Of a stretch of 64,000 nucleotides of DNA, positions 1 to 11,329 are shown one piece after another. The stretch is taken from positions 248,001 to 312,000 of the forward strand of contig NW_027361836.1 of the NCBI RefSeq assembly GCF_039654945.1, in the 5' to 3' direction. The notes beneath the pieces are model-generated. The model made no database searches and was not told the origin of the DNA. It worked only from the letters and a program-made list of their open reading frames with translations. This stretch comes from Dendrobates tinctorius (lineage: Eukaryota). Numbering within the stretch: position 1 is the stretch's first letter; every line of letters starts with the position of its first letter. The position numbers were made by a program, and so were the translations under genes.

Positions 1-58
1 CCGACTTTAGCCAAAGTCGGTGGATTCTGAATTTGGCAGACCCATTTCGCTCAACTCT
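1..58. mobile_element. Terminus of a non-autonomous TAG-ended (hAT-like) DNA element
   Basis: Ends in TTCGCTCAACTCTA, the reverse complement of the TAG(A/T)G(A/T)TGAGC terminus seen at 15877 and 62606; similar ends at 57963 and 60550. Confidence 0.5.
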
Positions 59-473
59 ACTCTTAACACCTCACTACTACCAGACACTTCCTCACAAGAG
101 TTCACTATCAGGTCACCTCACTCCATCACAATAGCTCTTAACACCTCACTACTACCTGACACTACCTCACAATAGCTCGCTGTCACACTATGGACACCTC
201 ACTAACAACACCCCAAAGCTCTTGGCTTTGAGGCCACTTCCTGCTGGCCATGACTTTTCTGCACAAAAAAAGCAGCAAAAAAACGCTAGAAGTGACATGC
301 TCTATGTCCAAAAAATGCAGCAAAGCTCAAAATCATGATCACACAAAAAAACCAATGTGTGTGCACGAGATTTCTGAAATTTCATAGGCTTTGCTGGTAA
401 TTGAAAAAGCAGCTGAAAATTAGCATAAAAAACATGAAAAAAACGCAGCAAAAAGTCCTGTGTCCTGTCCTGT

Positions 474-2524
474 CTCAAAGCACAGTTGTTAACAATTCCG
501 AAAAGAGGGAAGAATAGGAAGCATTTAAGGAAACCAGGATGGATGAACACAGAACTTAAGCACATGCTAAAAAGGAAGAAAAAAATGTTTATAAAATGGA
601 AAGAGGGAGGCATATCTAAAGAAGAATATAATGCTGTCTGCAGAACCTGCAGGGCACAAATCAGATTAGCTAAAGCTGAAAATGAATTGAGGCTTGCAAG
701 AGATGTCAAAAGCAATAATAAAGGATTTTGGGGATATGTCAAAAGTAAAAGAAAAGTCAAAGATGCTATAGGATTTTTACAGGATGAAAATGATGAAATG
801 GTAAGACAGGATGTTGAGAAGGCTGAACTTTTAAATTCCTATTTTGCATCTGTTTTCTCTCAGAAAGGAAATGTAACATCAACTGTTATTCACTGTCCTA
901 TTAAGGGAATAGAAGAATCCAGGATATCTATAAACAGAAAGATAGTGAGGAAACACTTAGCTAACCTAAATGAATTCAAGTCTCCAGGTCCAGATGAATT
1001 ACACCCCAGAGTACTGAAGGAGATAGCAGAAGAAATTTTTGAACCCCTCTCCATAATCTTTGAAAATTCTTGGAGAACAGGAGATGTGCCAGAAGACTGG
1101 AGAAGAGCAAATGTTGTTCCTATCTTCAAAAAGGGGAAGAAGGTGGACCCAGGCAACTATAGGCCGGTGAGTCTGACTTCTATACCAGGAAAGATCTTTG
1201 AACAAATTATTAAACAACATGTATGTCAATACCTGGATAAGAATGAAGTGATTAAACAGAGTCAGCATGGGTTTGTAACTAATAAGTCATGTCAGACTAA
1301 TTTAATTTCCTTCTATGACGGTATTACTGATTGGGTGGATCAAGGAAATGCTGTAGATATAGTATATCTTGACTTCAGCAAAGCATTTGACAAAGTCTCT
1401 CATACAATCCTTATTGAAAAAATGACTAAGTATGGAATGGACAAGGCAACTGTTAGGTGGATTCATAACTGGCTTAGTGATCGGACCCAAAGAGTGGTCG
1501 TAAATGGCTGCACATCCAGTTGGAAGAATGTCTCAAGTGGGGTACCACAGGGCTCTGTCCTGGGCCCTGTATTGTTCAACATCTTTATCAACGATTTAGA
1601 TGAAGGAATTGAGGGTAAACTGATTAAATTTGCTGATGACACAAAGCTAGGAGGGATAGCTAATACTAGAGAAGAGAGAGAGAGGATTCAAAAAGATTTA
1701 AATAAACTGGAGAAGTGGGCAGCAACTAACAGAATGGTTTTTAACAGGGAGAAATGCAAAGTACTACATCTGGGCAATAAAAATGAAAAAAGCATATATA
1801 GAATGGGAGGAATAGGGCTAAGTGACAGCACATGTGAAAAAGACTTGGGTATACTAATAGATCACAGACTGAATATGAGTCAACAGTGTGATGCAGCAGC
1901 AAAAAAGGCAAATGCAATTCTAGGATGTATTAACAGAAGCATACAGTCTAGATCACGTGAAGTAATTATTTCCCTCTACTCCTCTTTGGTCAGACCTCAT
2001 CTGGAATATTGTGTCCAATTTTGGGCACCACATTTTAAAAAAGACATCAACAAACTGGAGCAAGTTCAGAAAAGAGTGACCAGAATGGTGACCGGTCTGC
2101 AAACCCTGTCTTATGAGGAAAGGTTGCAGGATTTGGGAATGTTTAGTTTGCAAAAGAGAAGACTGAGAGGAGACTTAATAGCTGTCTACAAATATCTAAA
2201 GGGCTGTCACATTGTAGAAGGATCAACTTTATTCTCATTTGCACAAGGAAAGACTAGAAGCAATGGGATGAAGCTGAATGGGAGGAGACACAGATTAGAT
2301 ATTAGAAAAAACTTTTTGACAGTTAGAGTGATCAATGAGTGGAACAGGCTGCCACGAGAAGTGGTGAGTTCTCCTTCAATGGAAGTCTTCAAACAGAGGC
2401 TGGACAGACATCTAACTGGGATGATTTAGTGAATCCTGCTTTGAGCAGGGGGTTGGACCAGATGGCCCAGGAGGTCCCTTCCAACTCTACGATTCTATGA
2501 TTCTATGATTCTATGATTCTATGA
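474..2524 (+). mobile_element. CR1 LINE, 5'-truncated, young
   Basis: The ORF2 reading frame starts at 474 (LKAQLLTIP). A short 3' UTR ends in the CR1-type (ATTCTATG)n tail at 2492-2524. Confidence 0.95.
486..2429 (+). CDS. CR1 ORF2 reverse transcriptase (APE endonuclease lost by 5' truncation)
   Basis: Uninterrupted 647-aa ORF with [33 protein letters not shown] and FADD motifs and the CR1 C-terminus RPHLEYCVQFW. Confidence 0.93.
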   Translation: MLTIPKRGKNRKHLRKPGWMNTELKHMLKRKKKMFIKWKEGGISKEEYNAVCRTCRAQIRLAKAENELRLARDVKSNNKGFWGYVKSKRKVKDAIGFLQDENDEMVRQDVEKAELLNSYFASVFSQKGNVTSTVIHCPIKGIEESRISINRKIVRKHLANLNEFKSPGPDELHPRVLKEIAEEIFEPLSIIFENSWRTGDVPEDWRRANVVPIFKKGKKVDPGNYRPVSLTSIPGKIFEQIIKQHVCQYLDKNEVIKQSQHGFVTNKSCQTNLISFYDGITDWVDQGNAVDIVYLDFSKAFDKVSHTILIEKMTKYGMDKATVRWIHNWLSDRTQRVVVNGCTSSWKNVSSGVPQGSVLGPVLFNIFINDLDEGIEGKLIKFADDTKLGGIANTREERERIQKDLNKLEKWAATNRMVFNREKCKVLHLGNKNEKSIYRMGGIGLSDSTCEKDLGILIDHRLNMSQQCDAAAKKANAILGCINRSIQSRSREVIISLYSSLVRPHLEYCVQFWAPHFKKDINKLEQVQKRVTRMVTGLQTLSYEERLQDLGMFSLQKRRLRGDLIAVYKYLKGCHIVEGSTLFSFAQGKTRSNGMKLNGRRHRLDIRKNFLTVRVINEWNRLPREVVSSPSMEVFKQRLDRHLTGMI

Positions 2525-2837
2525 ACTTACCCTTTAGTAGCATTGGCTATCCCTTGCCGAATACTACAGGTGGCATCATGAACTATATCTTATAAACTTT
2601 ATTCCCCTTTTACCATCATTTTCATTGTCTGCCCAGGGCCATGGACCAGGTCACTGCTGCAGCGAAACATCCCCGTAAAATCCGGCCCAGTACCGAGTAT
2701 CCCCAAGGCCCTGGCGGGCGCGCCAATATCATAGGTGTAAGTGGTATCTATGAAAACCTTGAATAGCACTTATGCAAGAAAATTGGTTGTGTGCAAGCCA
2801 AGAGCACTTACAGAAAGTAATGATATAATTGATACAA

Positions 2838-3254
2838 TTTTAAGCATGTCCTGAAAACGCATTTATTCAGACTGGCCTATCGCCTCAACACATTAACCTA
2901 ACCTATCCCTGTGTGGCAGAGCCAAAAGTTTTACCATAACCAGGTTCCCAGCATCATGTTCCCACATGCTTTATGCATCCATTAGCCCTCTGTGTCTGTA
3001 CTGTTACACACTTAACATTATGGCTGGTCCATACATCAGGGCAACTGTTACCACCCACCTTTCGTGTCTACCTCTTTCCTCATAGACTGTAAGCTTGCGA
3101 GCAGGGCCCTCACTCCTCTTGGTATTTGTTATAATCTACTGTATGTGATTATTGTTATGCTGTAATGTCTATTGTCTGTACAAATCCCCTCTGAAATGTA
3201 AAGTGCTGCGGAATATGTCGGCGCTATAAAAATAAAATGTATTATTATTATTAT
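2838..3254 (+). mobile_element. L2 LINE 3' end
   Basis: End of ORF2 (LKTHLF) plus the L2-type 3' UTR (TGTAAGCTTGCGAGCAGGGCCC...GTGCTGCGGAATATGTCGGCGCTATA) and a (TTA)n tail; same family as 42405-42978. Confidence 0.85.
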
Positions 3255-4100
3255 ATGATATAACACCTGATTGAACAGGTGGCTCCTTAAAGTAAAGCAG
3301 AGTCACCTTAGGACTTTGCGCATTGCTGTTTCACACCCGATCTCACATAAGTAAAGCAGTAAAGCACCTCATTCTTATTAATTTGAGACTGAATGCATAG
3401 ATCTAAATTATTTACACTATATTATACAATATATTTAAAGTGCCTTATTCTGAGCTATATTATATTTGCTGCCTTCAGAGCATAATAACTGAATGCTTAA
3501 TTGTCAAATGATATTATAACCTCCACTTTACCTAGACTCTTGCTTTGTGCATACCAAGTTCAGATTATGGTTTTGTTTTCGCAGCTGTGGATTCCACTCT
3601 ATGTCATGGCAGTAGTCAGATGTCCAAAATTCTTCAGCCCAAACAAGTCATACAAACCAGCTGTAGTTTCCTAGAAATCCTTACCTTTTTCTCCGTATTG
3701 TGCACAGTGCTTCCAACTGAGCAAGCCATCTCCTGGTAGTATCCTGAGTTGTGATGCAACTATTCCTATATTTTGCTATTGGTTTTTACTATTGCTCTCC
3801 TCTTGCTAGCTAAAAGTAATCATTTGTGTTATAAAAATCCATTTTAAAATATCCTAAAATTTGCATTAAGAAACCAGAGTGAGTAATTTAACATGTGTGC
3901 AAGAAATGTTTAGTTTCTCTAGCACCCAAGTGTCAAACTCTGGCCCGTGGGCCAAATCTGTCTTTCAGGGTGAGTATATTTGGCCCTTGACGGCTACCCC
4001 ACCCAGCTTTGCTCTTTCAGCTTTGCACTTTCATCCTGGTCGCCGATACAGTTGAAGGCAATGATGAAGGAGGGCGTTTCAGATGAGGGGGGCCAGAACA

Positions 4101-6964
4101 TTCAGTGTTTGCCACACTGTCATGTGCATGCCATCGTAGCAAACATTACTTCTGACTGTTAAAATTGTTACAGCTACTAAGTGGCAGTTCCCATGCTGTC
4201 AAATAACAGCGAGAGCTTGTAGCTCTGATCATTGGTAAAAAGTTTACCTCTGGTCACTTGTGACAGCTGATGGGACTACTGCTCCCATGAGCATATGCCT
4301 GCTGTCGCTAATAACAATGAGAGCAAGCGGCTAATAGGAGTATTCATCGACCAGCGCCTGCACTATAAATAGATTAAAAAAAGTGTAAGTTCCCCTGTAT
4401 TTTTGATAACACTCAACTGTGAGTGTTAGCAAGGCTGGTTATTAAGAATAGAGGGGTCACCACACTGTTTTTTAATTATTTAAAACATCATTAAAAAATG
4501 GCGTAGGGTGACCCCCATTTTTGACAACCAGCCAAGCTAAAGCAGGAGGCTGGGGGCTAGTATTCTCAGGATGTTAAGGAGCCATGGATACTTACCCCCA
4601 GCCTAAAAATAGTCCATCAATTCCCAGAAAAGGTGCATATATTAGATACGCCAATTCTGAAGCTTTGCTTGGCCCTTCCCACTTGCCCTGTAGCAGTGGC
4701 AAGTTTAGGTTAATATTTGTGGGCTTGATGATCTTTGTATTGCCCGGTGACATCAAGCCCATGGGTTAGTAATGGAGAGGCGTCTAAAAGACACCTATCC
4801 ATTACTAATCCTATAGTTATATTGTAAATAAACACACAGCCAGAATAAAGTCCTTTATTTGAAATAAACACTTTTACTTTTATATTTAAAAATAACAACC
4901 ACTGTTATATTCACCTAAAGCCCATTCCATTGAAGCCCTCTTCTCCTGTAATAAAACAAAAATAAACAACCATATCCTTCACTTATCGGACGTTCTGTCC
5001 CATGCCGTAATCCATGTCTGGGGATGAACAGTTTTCAACCTGGATAGTGCCAAGATGCGACTATACAGGTTGAAAACCACTGATGAATGAGCTGCTGCAA
5101 ACTCAGTGTCAATGACTAGCGGTGACATCATTGAGGTTACCACAGGTCATTGAGGCTGTGTTTCCAGCCGGGTTAATGAACTGCTGTGACCTCGGTGAGA
5201 TCACCACTCGCACAGTGAGAAAAAGTCAAACGGTGCAGCTGTGAGTTCACCCCAGTTCATCGGGAGAAATTTCTCATGGTAAACTGCAGTGAACTTACTG
5301 CTGCACCATTTTCTTATTGTGCTAGCGGTGACCACTATAGTTCAGGAGCGCTCTCGCTGCAGCTCATTCTTCCTTGCTTCTCAGCATCAACGCTCACATG
5401 ATGCCACCGTTAATTCTGAAGAGCACATGTGACACAGAAGGACTACGTCGTGGGACACTATGGATTCCAGTCATCCCTCCATCCAGCCAGCCCTTCATCC
5501 ATCCTTCCATCCATCCCTCATCCATCCATCCCTCATCCAGTCATCCCTCCATGCAAACCTCATCCATCCCTCATTAAACATTCCATTCATCTCTCATCCC
5601 TCTAGCCTTCTCTTCCTCCATCCATCTATCCCTCCATCCATCCCTCCATCCATCATCATCCATCCATCTTTCATCCAGTCATTCATCCATCTTTCATCCA
5701 AACATCTATCATCCATCCATCCCTCATCCATCCATCCATCCAGTCAGCCTTCCATCCCATGCAGCCTCAGTGACCGGCGGTAACCTTGATGACATCACCA
5801 CTAGTCACTAATGCTGTGAGCAGCTCATTCTCCCAGTGGTTCTCAGACTGAATGGTCGCATCTGGATACCATCCAGATTAAAAACTGTTTATCCCAGACA
5901 TGTATTACGGCATGGGACAGAATGTCTGACAGGTGAGGGATATGGTTGTTTTTTTATTTTTGTTTTATTACAGAAGGCAAGGGCTTCAATGGAATGGGCA
6001 TCAGGTGAGTATAACTGTGTTTGTTATTTTTAAATAAAAAAATTAAAAGTGTTTTGTTTTACTTTATATTTGCTGTGTGTTTATTTACCTTACAACTATA
6101 GAATTAGTGATGGATAGGTGTCTTATAGATGCCTCTCAATTACTAACCCATGGGCTTGATGTCAACGGACAACACAAAGGTGAGATCAACCCCACAAATA
6201 TTAACCCAACTTGTCACTGCTACAGGGCAAATGGGAAAAGCCAGAAAAGCGTGAGAATTGGCACATCTAAGAGATGCGCCCTTTCTAGGCGGTTGCCGGC
6301 TGCTATTCTTAGGCTGGGGATCCAATATCCATGGCCCCTTACCAGCCTGAGAATACCAGGCCCCAGCTGTGTGCTTTAGCTTGGCTGGTTGTCAAAAAAA
6401 AGAGGTGGGACCTCATGTTGTTTTTTAACTATTTATTTAAATAATTGAAAAATAGTGTGGGGACCCCTCTATTCCTGATAACCTGCCTTTGTAGCCCCAG
6501 CTGTCAGTTTTGTCTGGCTGGATATCAAAAACACATTGGAATCCACAACATTTTTTCAAAAAATGTAATTATTTATTTATCACTCGGGCACCGGCTGATG
6601 AATACTCCCATCAGCTGCTGCTTGCTCTTGCTGTTATTAGCGGAAGAAGGCATAGTCTGATGTTAGCAGTAGTCCCATGAGCAGATGCCAGTGACCGGAG
6701 GTAAACTTTTTACCTCCCATCACAGCTGCGGGCACATGCTATTATTTGACAGAGTGGGTCCCACGGCTGGCTGAGTGGTTCTAATGATTTTACGGCCAAT
6801 CAGAAGCGGTGTTTGCAGTGTTGTCATGCACATAACAGTGCGACAAACCCAAACAGTAACACAGACTTCTTGGTGAAGTCAGTACTCGGTGTCCGTGCCC
6901 GAACAGTAGGTGTTAGGTATGAAAGCCAAACTTTACTGTTCAGGATTTCCCTTCTCTCAAATCT
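4101..6964. mobile_element. Foldback / long-inverted-repeat non-autonomous DNA element
   Basis: The arm at ~4101-5160 is a diverged reverse complement of ~5761-6850 (e.g. 4550-4620 vs 6300-6365, and 4760-4830 vs 6095-6165). Confidence 0.75.
5465..5760. repeat. Degenerate (CATC)n microsatellite
   Basis: Seen directly; it explains the His/Pro/Ser-rich spurious ORFs. Confidence 0.9.
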
Positions 6965-7064
6965 AGATATTTTTCAGATATATATAATTTGTGCCTTACA
7001 TGTGGAGGTTATCTTACAACTTTCTATTAACCTAATAAATGAATGAATGAATGAATGAATGCAA

Positions 7065-7445
7065 GAAAGAAAAAAATGATGTTGGTCCCCCCATTTTTGG
7101 TAATCAGCAAAGATAAAGCAGATAGCTGAGACTTAATATTGTCAGGCTTGGGAAGGTCCATGGTTATTGGACCCGTCCCAGCCTTAAAAAAACAGCCCGC
7201 AGCCACCCCAGAAGTGGAGCATCACATTAGATGCTACAATTCTGGTGCTTCACCTTGGCCTTTCCCAATATCCTGGTGCTGTAGTAATCAGGGTAATGGG
7301 GCTTGGGGTTGATGTCAGCTGTGATGTGTCTTAAAACACAGCTGGCATCAAGTCCTGGTGCTAGTAATGGAGAAATCTCTATCAAACACCCTATTACTAA
7401 CTCAGTACTAAAAAGCAAACAAACACAAAAAAATACTTTATTACC
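7065..7445. mobile_element. Partial third copy of the foldback-arm repeat
   Basis: Same-orientation similarity to 4500-4860 (CCCATTTTT, CCAGCCT(T)AAAAA, TAGTAATGGAGA...ATTACTAA). Confidence 0.6.
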
Positions 7446-8895
7446 CATACTATATGGGTAAGCACTTGGGAGTATTTGTTTAATTTTTCTTTGGCACTAT
7501 TGTTGGTAGCGCACTGTGGGCTGGTCCCTGTACACACGCAAAGCCATTGTATTTTTTTTTTTATTATTATTTTTATTATTTTTTATTCATGGTCACTGGT
7601 GGTTGTTGTAACACTGGATATAAATATATATATATATATATATGTATATATATCTTTTTTGTGCCATCAAAGATATTAGTTGCCTGTAAAATTGCTCTGG
7701 GCATATATTACATTACTTAGGGTTATTTGGTATTTGTATTTTTTATCATTGCATACATGTATTTGTAACTAATAAATAAACATATATTTTATATGATTTT
7801 ATGTATAGCACTCCTTTTTCTTTTTTTGTAAATTTAGTCTGTAGTTTACATTTACTTTATCCATTAAATAGTTTTTTGGGCATAGACAGCTTTAAATCCA
7901 CTGGGATCATTATTAATTGATGATAGATGTTATCTTGCCCATAGTTGCTTTTGGACATTTGTGGTATAAGTATTGTGTAGTATGCTTCTATACAATTTTG
8001 GGGGCATGAATATTGGAGATCAGTTAAATTAACAAATACTAAGGTTTTGCTTCCAATTACCAGAACTGCTTGTGCTATTTTAACATTGATAACACTATAT
8101 TCGTTCGATTTAACAAGAAACTAAAACATAATTAAACTCTGGATATCCAGTGACACTTGAGCTAAGTGTAAATTAATAACTAATTAAAATCAAATGAAAT
8201 CAACCAGTACAATGTGGTGATTTCTGATCATAACACTGTTTTCATTAGCAGGGAAAAAATATAAAAACAAATAGTAACATCTGCAATCAACTAAAATGAT
8301 GGATGCCTCTGATGCCGTATCTTATCATTCTGACTCTATTCAGAAAGTTTGTCTTTAAATTACATGATGTACAAACTCAAGATCCAACTTCAGAGATACA
8401 TCTGCTAATCCTCTGGTTCATGTCTCACTCTCTTTTTTGAATTCTAAGCTGCTTGGATAGAACAAGTCATTCATCAATAGTACCATGTGTACATTTCATT
8501 TTTTTGTTCCCTCCTGCTGAATTTGTGACAAGTTTAAGACTCCTGAACTCAGTCATCGTATGGATTGCTAAAAACAATTAGCAATTGGGATCTGCAAAAA
8601 CTCCTGAGAATTTGTCCCATTTGCAATTCAGATATATTTGGTTCAGGTTTTTTTTTTTCAATTGAATTGTGTATGGATCCATGAGAAAACAAATAGTGGC
8701 ATGTTACTTTACAGCCCACATTAGAAAGGTAAAGTATTATCACCTAGAAATATTGCTTGTAGGAGAGAACATGGATCATTTTGGAAGCACAATCAGGCAG
8801 AATGCAGATATGGGTCCATAACATGGTCCTTACTATAATGTTACTAGTTACTAAAGTTGCGACAAGTTTGTTGCACACAGAAACAAGTGCAAGTA

Positions 8896-10085
8896 CAGTT
8901 GAAACTAGAAGTTTACATACACTATATAAAAAGACATATATGCTTGTTTTTCTTAATATCTGACATGAAATCAGAATAAACCCTTCCCGTTTTAGGTCAG
9001 TTAGGATTCACATAATTATTAATATTTGCCAAATGCCAGAATAATAAGAGACAATATTTTAAAGGGACCCTTTCACCTGTTTTGGCCGCTATAAGATGCA
9101 GCCACTGCCATTCAGGGCTTATCTACAGCTTTCTATAATGCTGTAGATAAGCCCCCGGTCAGACCTGCAAGAAAAAATACGTTTTATTATACTCACCCTG
9201 GGGGCGGTCCAGAGCGGTCTGGTCCGATGGGTGTCGCAGGTCCGGGTCCAGCACCTCCCATCTTCTTGCGATGACGCCTTCCTGCTTCCTTCCTCACTCC
9301 CGCATTTTTGCGCAGGCATGCTTATCTGCCCTATTGAGGGCAGAGCAAAGCACTGCAGTGTGCAAGCGCTGGGCTTCTGTGATCTTTCCCGGCATCTGTA
9401 GTACTTTGATAAGCCCTGAAAGGCAGTGGCCGCATCTTACAGCGGCCAAAATAGGTGACTGGTGCACTTTAAGGCATTTTTATTACTTACTGCAAAGTCA
9501 AAAGTTTACATAAATTTCATTAGTATTTCGTATCATTGCCCATAAACTGAATGACTTTTGTCAAATGTTTGGAATATCCTTCCACAAGCTTCTCACAAAA
9601 GTTGGTCGGAATTTGGGCCCATTCCTCCTGACAAAACTAGTGTAGCTGATCCAGGTTTGTAGGTCGCCTTGTTCGCGCCTGTCTCTTCAGCTTTGCCCAT
9701 AAATTTTCAATTGGATTGAGATCAGGGCTTTCTGTTGGCCACTCCAAACATTGACTTTGTCATCCTTTAGCCACTTTGTTACCATTTTGGCAGTAAGCTT
9801 CTGGTCACTGTCCAATAGGAAGACCCATTTCACCCCAGCTTTAACTTCAAGGCTGATGTCTTGACATGTTGCTTCAGTATTGCCACATAATCTTCTTTTC
9901 TCATGATTCCATCTATTTTCTGAAGTGTACCAGTCCCTCTTGCAGCAAACAACCCCACAACAGGATGCTGCCACACCCATTTTTCACATTTGGGATGGTG
10001 TTCCTAGGCTTCCAAGCTTCTCCCTTTTTCCGCCAAACGTAACATTGGTCATTATGTCCAGAAAGTTCAATTTTAGTTTCATCAG
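8896..10085 (-). mobile_element. Tc1/mariner relic with Sleeping Beauty-like IR/DR end
   Basis: TA followed by CAGTTGAAACTAGAAGTTTACATACAC; inner direct repeat AAAAGTTTACATA at ~9500; degraded transposase C-terminus on the minus strand at ~9540-10085. Confidence 0.85.
9063..9468. mobile_element. T2/Kolobok-type MITE inserted in the Tc1 terminal repeat
   Basis: TTAA at 9059-9062 and 9469-9472; AGGG...CACT ends; ~65-bp imperfect terminal inverted repeats. Confidence 0.85.
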
Positions 10086-10619
10086 TAGTGATATACAGTA
10101 GGAGAGTTAATAGTTTGCCTTTATATCCCTTTAATTGCCTTTAATTCTTGATTTACCTTTTGCCTTTCATTTATTCTTATGACGCTGCAGTTTTGCCTGT
10201 CTCCTCTTCAAAGGAAAAATGCTTCTTATCATATATATGTTCTCAAAAGTCAGTAACAACATGTTCTGGGTACATTGTAAACAAGGTTCGACCCCGAGGT
10301 GAAGGTGGGTGATGGTGGGGGCCACATGAGCCCCATAGAATTACATATTGTTGTAAATGGTATAAAAGATTGCCTTGTATTTCATTACGTCAGATAAAGT
10401 GATCTGCCACCGGCCGTGTGTGTTTGCAGTCTCTTTTGTCTCCAAGCACTTGTAAATTAAGGGCGAAACTCCTAATCTGGACTCAATGGTGATCTAGCTT
10501 ACCTGACTTTGGGTTAGAACGTAAAGCAGCTACGACAGTCGTCATTACATGTCTCCAAAAATTAAGGACTTTGTTCCTGTGCACATTTGCAAATATTAAT
10601 CTGGCTTTTTTTGTGGTTG

Positions 10620-11030
10620 GGTGAAGCCATTTATTGTCAAACTACTGTGTTTTCTTTTTTCAATCATAATGACAACCCAAAACATTGAAATGACCCTAAT
10701 CAAAAGTTTACACATCCCATTTCTTAATACTATGTATTGCCCCCTCTAACATCATTGACAGCTTGAAGTCTTTTGTGGTAGTTGTGGATGAGGTTCTTTA
10801 TTTTCTCAGATGGAAAAGATGCTCACTCTTCTTGGCAAAAAGCCTCCAGTTCCTGTAAATTCCTTGGCTGTCTAGCATGAACTGTGTTCATGAGATCTCC
10901 CCAGAGTGGCTCAATGATATTGAGGTCAGGAGACTGAGATAGCGACTCCAGAACCTTCACCTTGTTCTTCTGTAGCCAATGACAGGTTGACTTGGCCTTG
11001 TGTGTTGGAATGTCAAAGTACATCCCATGG
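10620..11030 (-). pseudogene. Tc1 transposase C-terminal fragment
   Basis: Translates to WLQKNKVKVLE.SQSPDLNIIEPLWGDL; direct-repeat motif AAAAGTTTACAC at ~10703. Confidence 0.8.
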
Positions 11031-11034
11031 GCAG

Positions 11035-11270
11035 ATTGTGTAACTATTATAGGAAGTCTCCAAATTTGGTGCAAATCTGATGCCATGTGCAGATGAGCTG
11101 ATCGAAAGACTTGGGCCTGCAAGGTACATAACCACCTTGGTTTTAACAAGGTATTATTCCCAAATCCCCATGTCAAAAGAAGTCAAGGAGAAGATGGCTT
11201 TTTCTGCACCCTACAGATGTTTCCAATACATCCAGATGCCGTTTGAACTGCAGGGAACCCTGGCCACTTT
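11035..11270 (+). pseudogene. Ty3/Gypsy reverse transcriptase fragment
   Basis: MPCADELIERLGPARYITTLVLTRYYSQIPM...FQYIQMPFEL matches the Gypsy RT motif MPRIDELI..LG.A.YITTLDL.KGYWQIP. Confidence 0.8.
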
Positions 11271-11329
11271 GATTTTGGTTTACATATACTGATGTAAACT
11301 ACTGCCCAAATACTGAATGTTTTTTCCTT

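Noticed and set aside
302-2392. Several minus-strand ORFs overlapping the CR1
   Set aside because: Antisense shadows of the CR1 RT frame with no independent motifs.
3683-3745. Possible small host exon on the minus strand (CAG...AG/GTAAGG)
   Set aside because: Splice-like signals only; the peptide is unrecognised and no partner exons were found.
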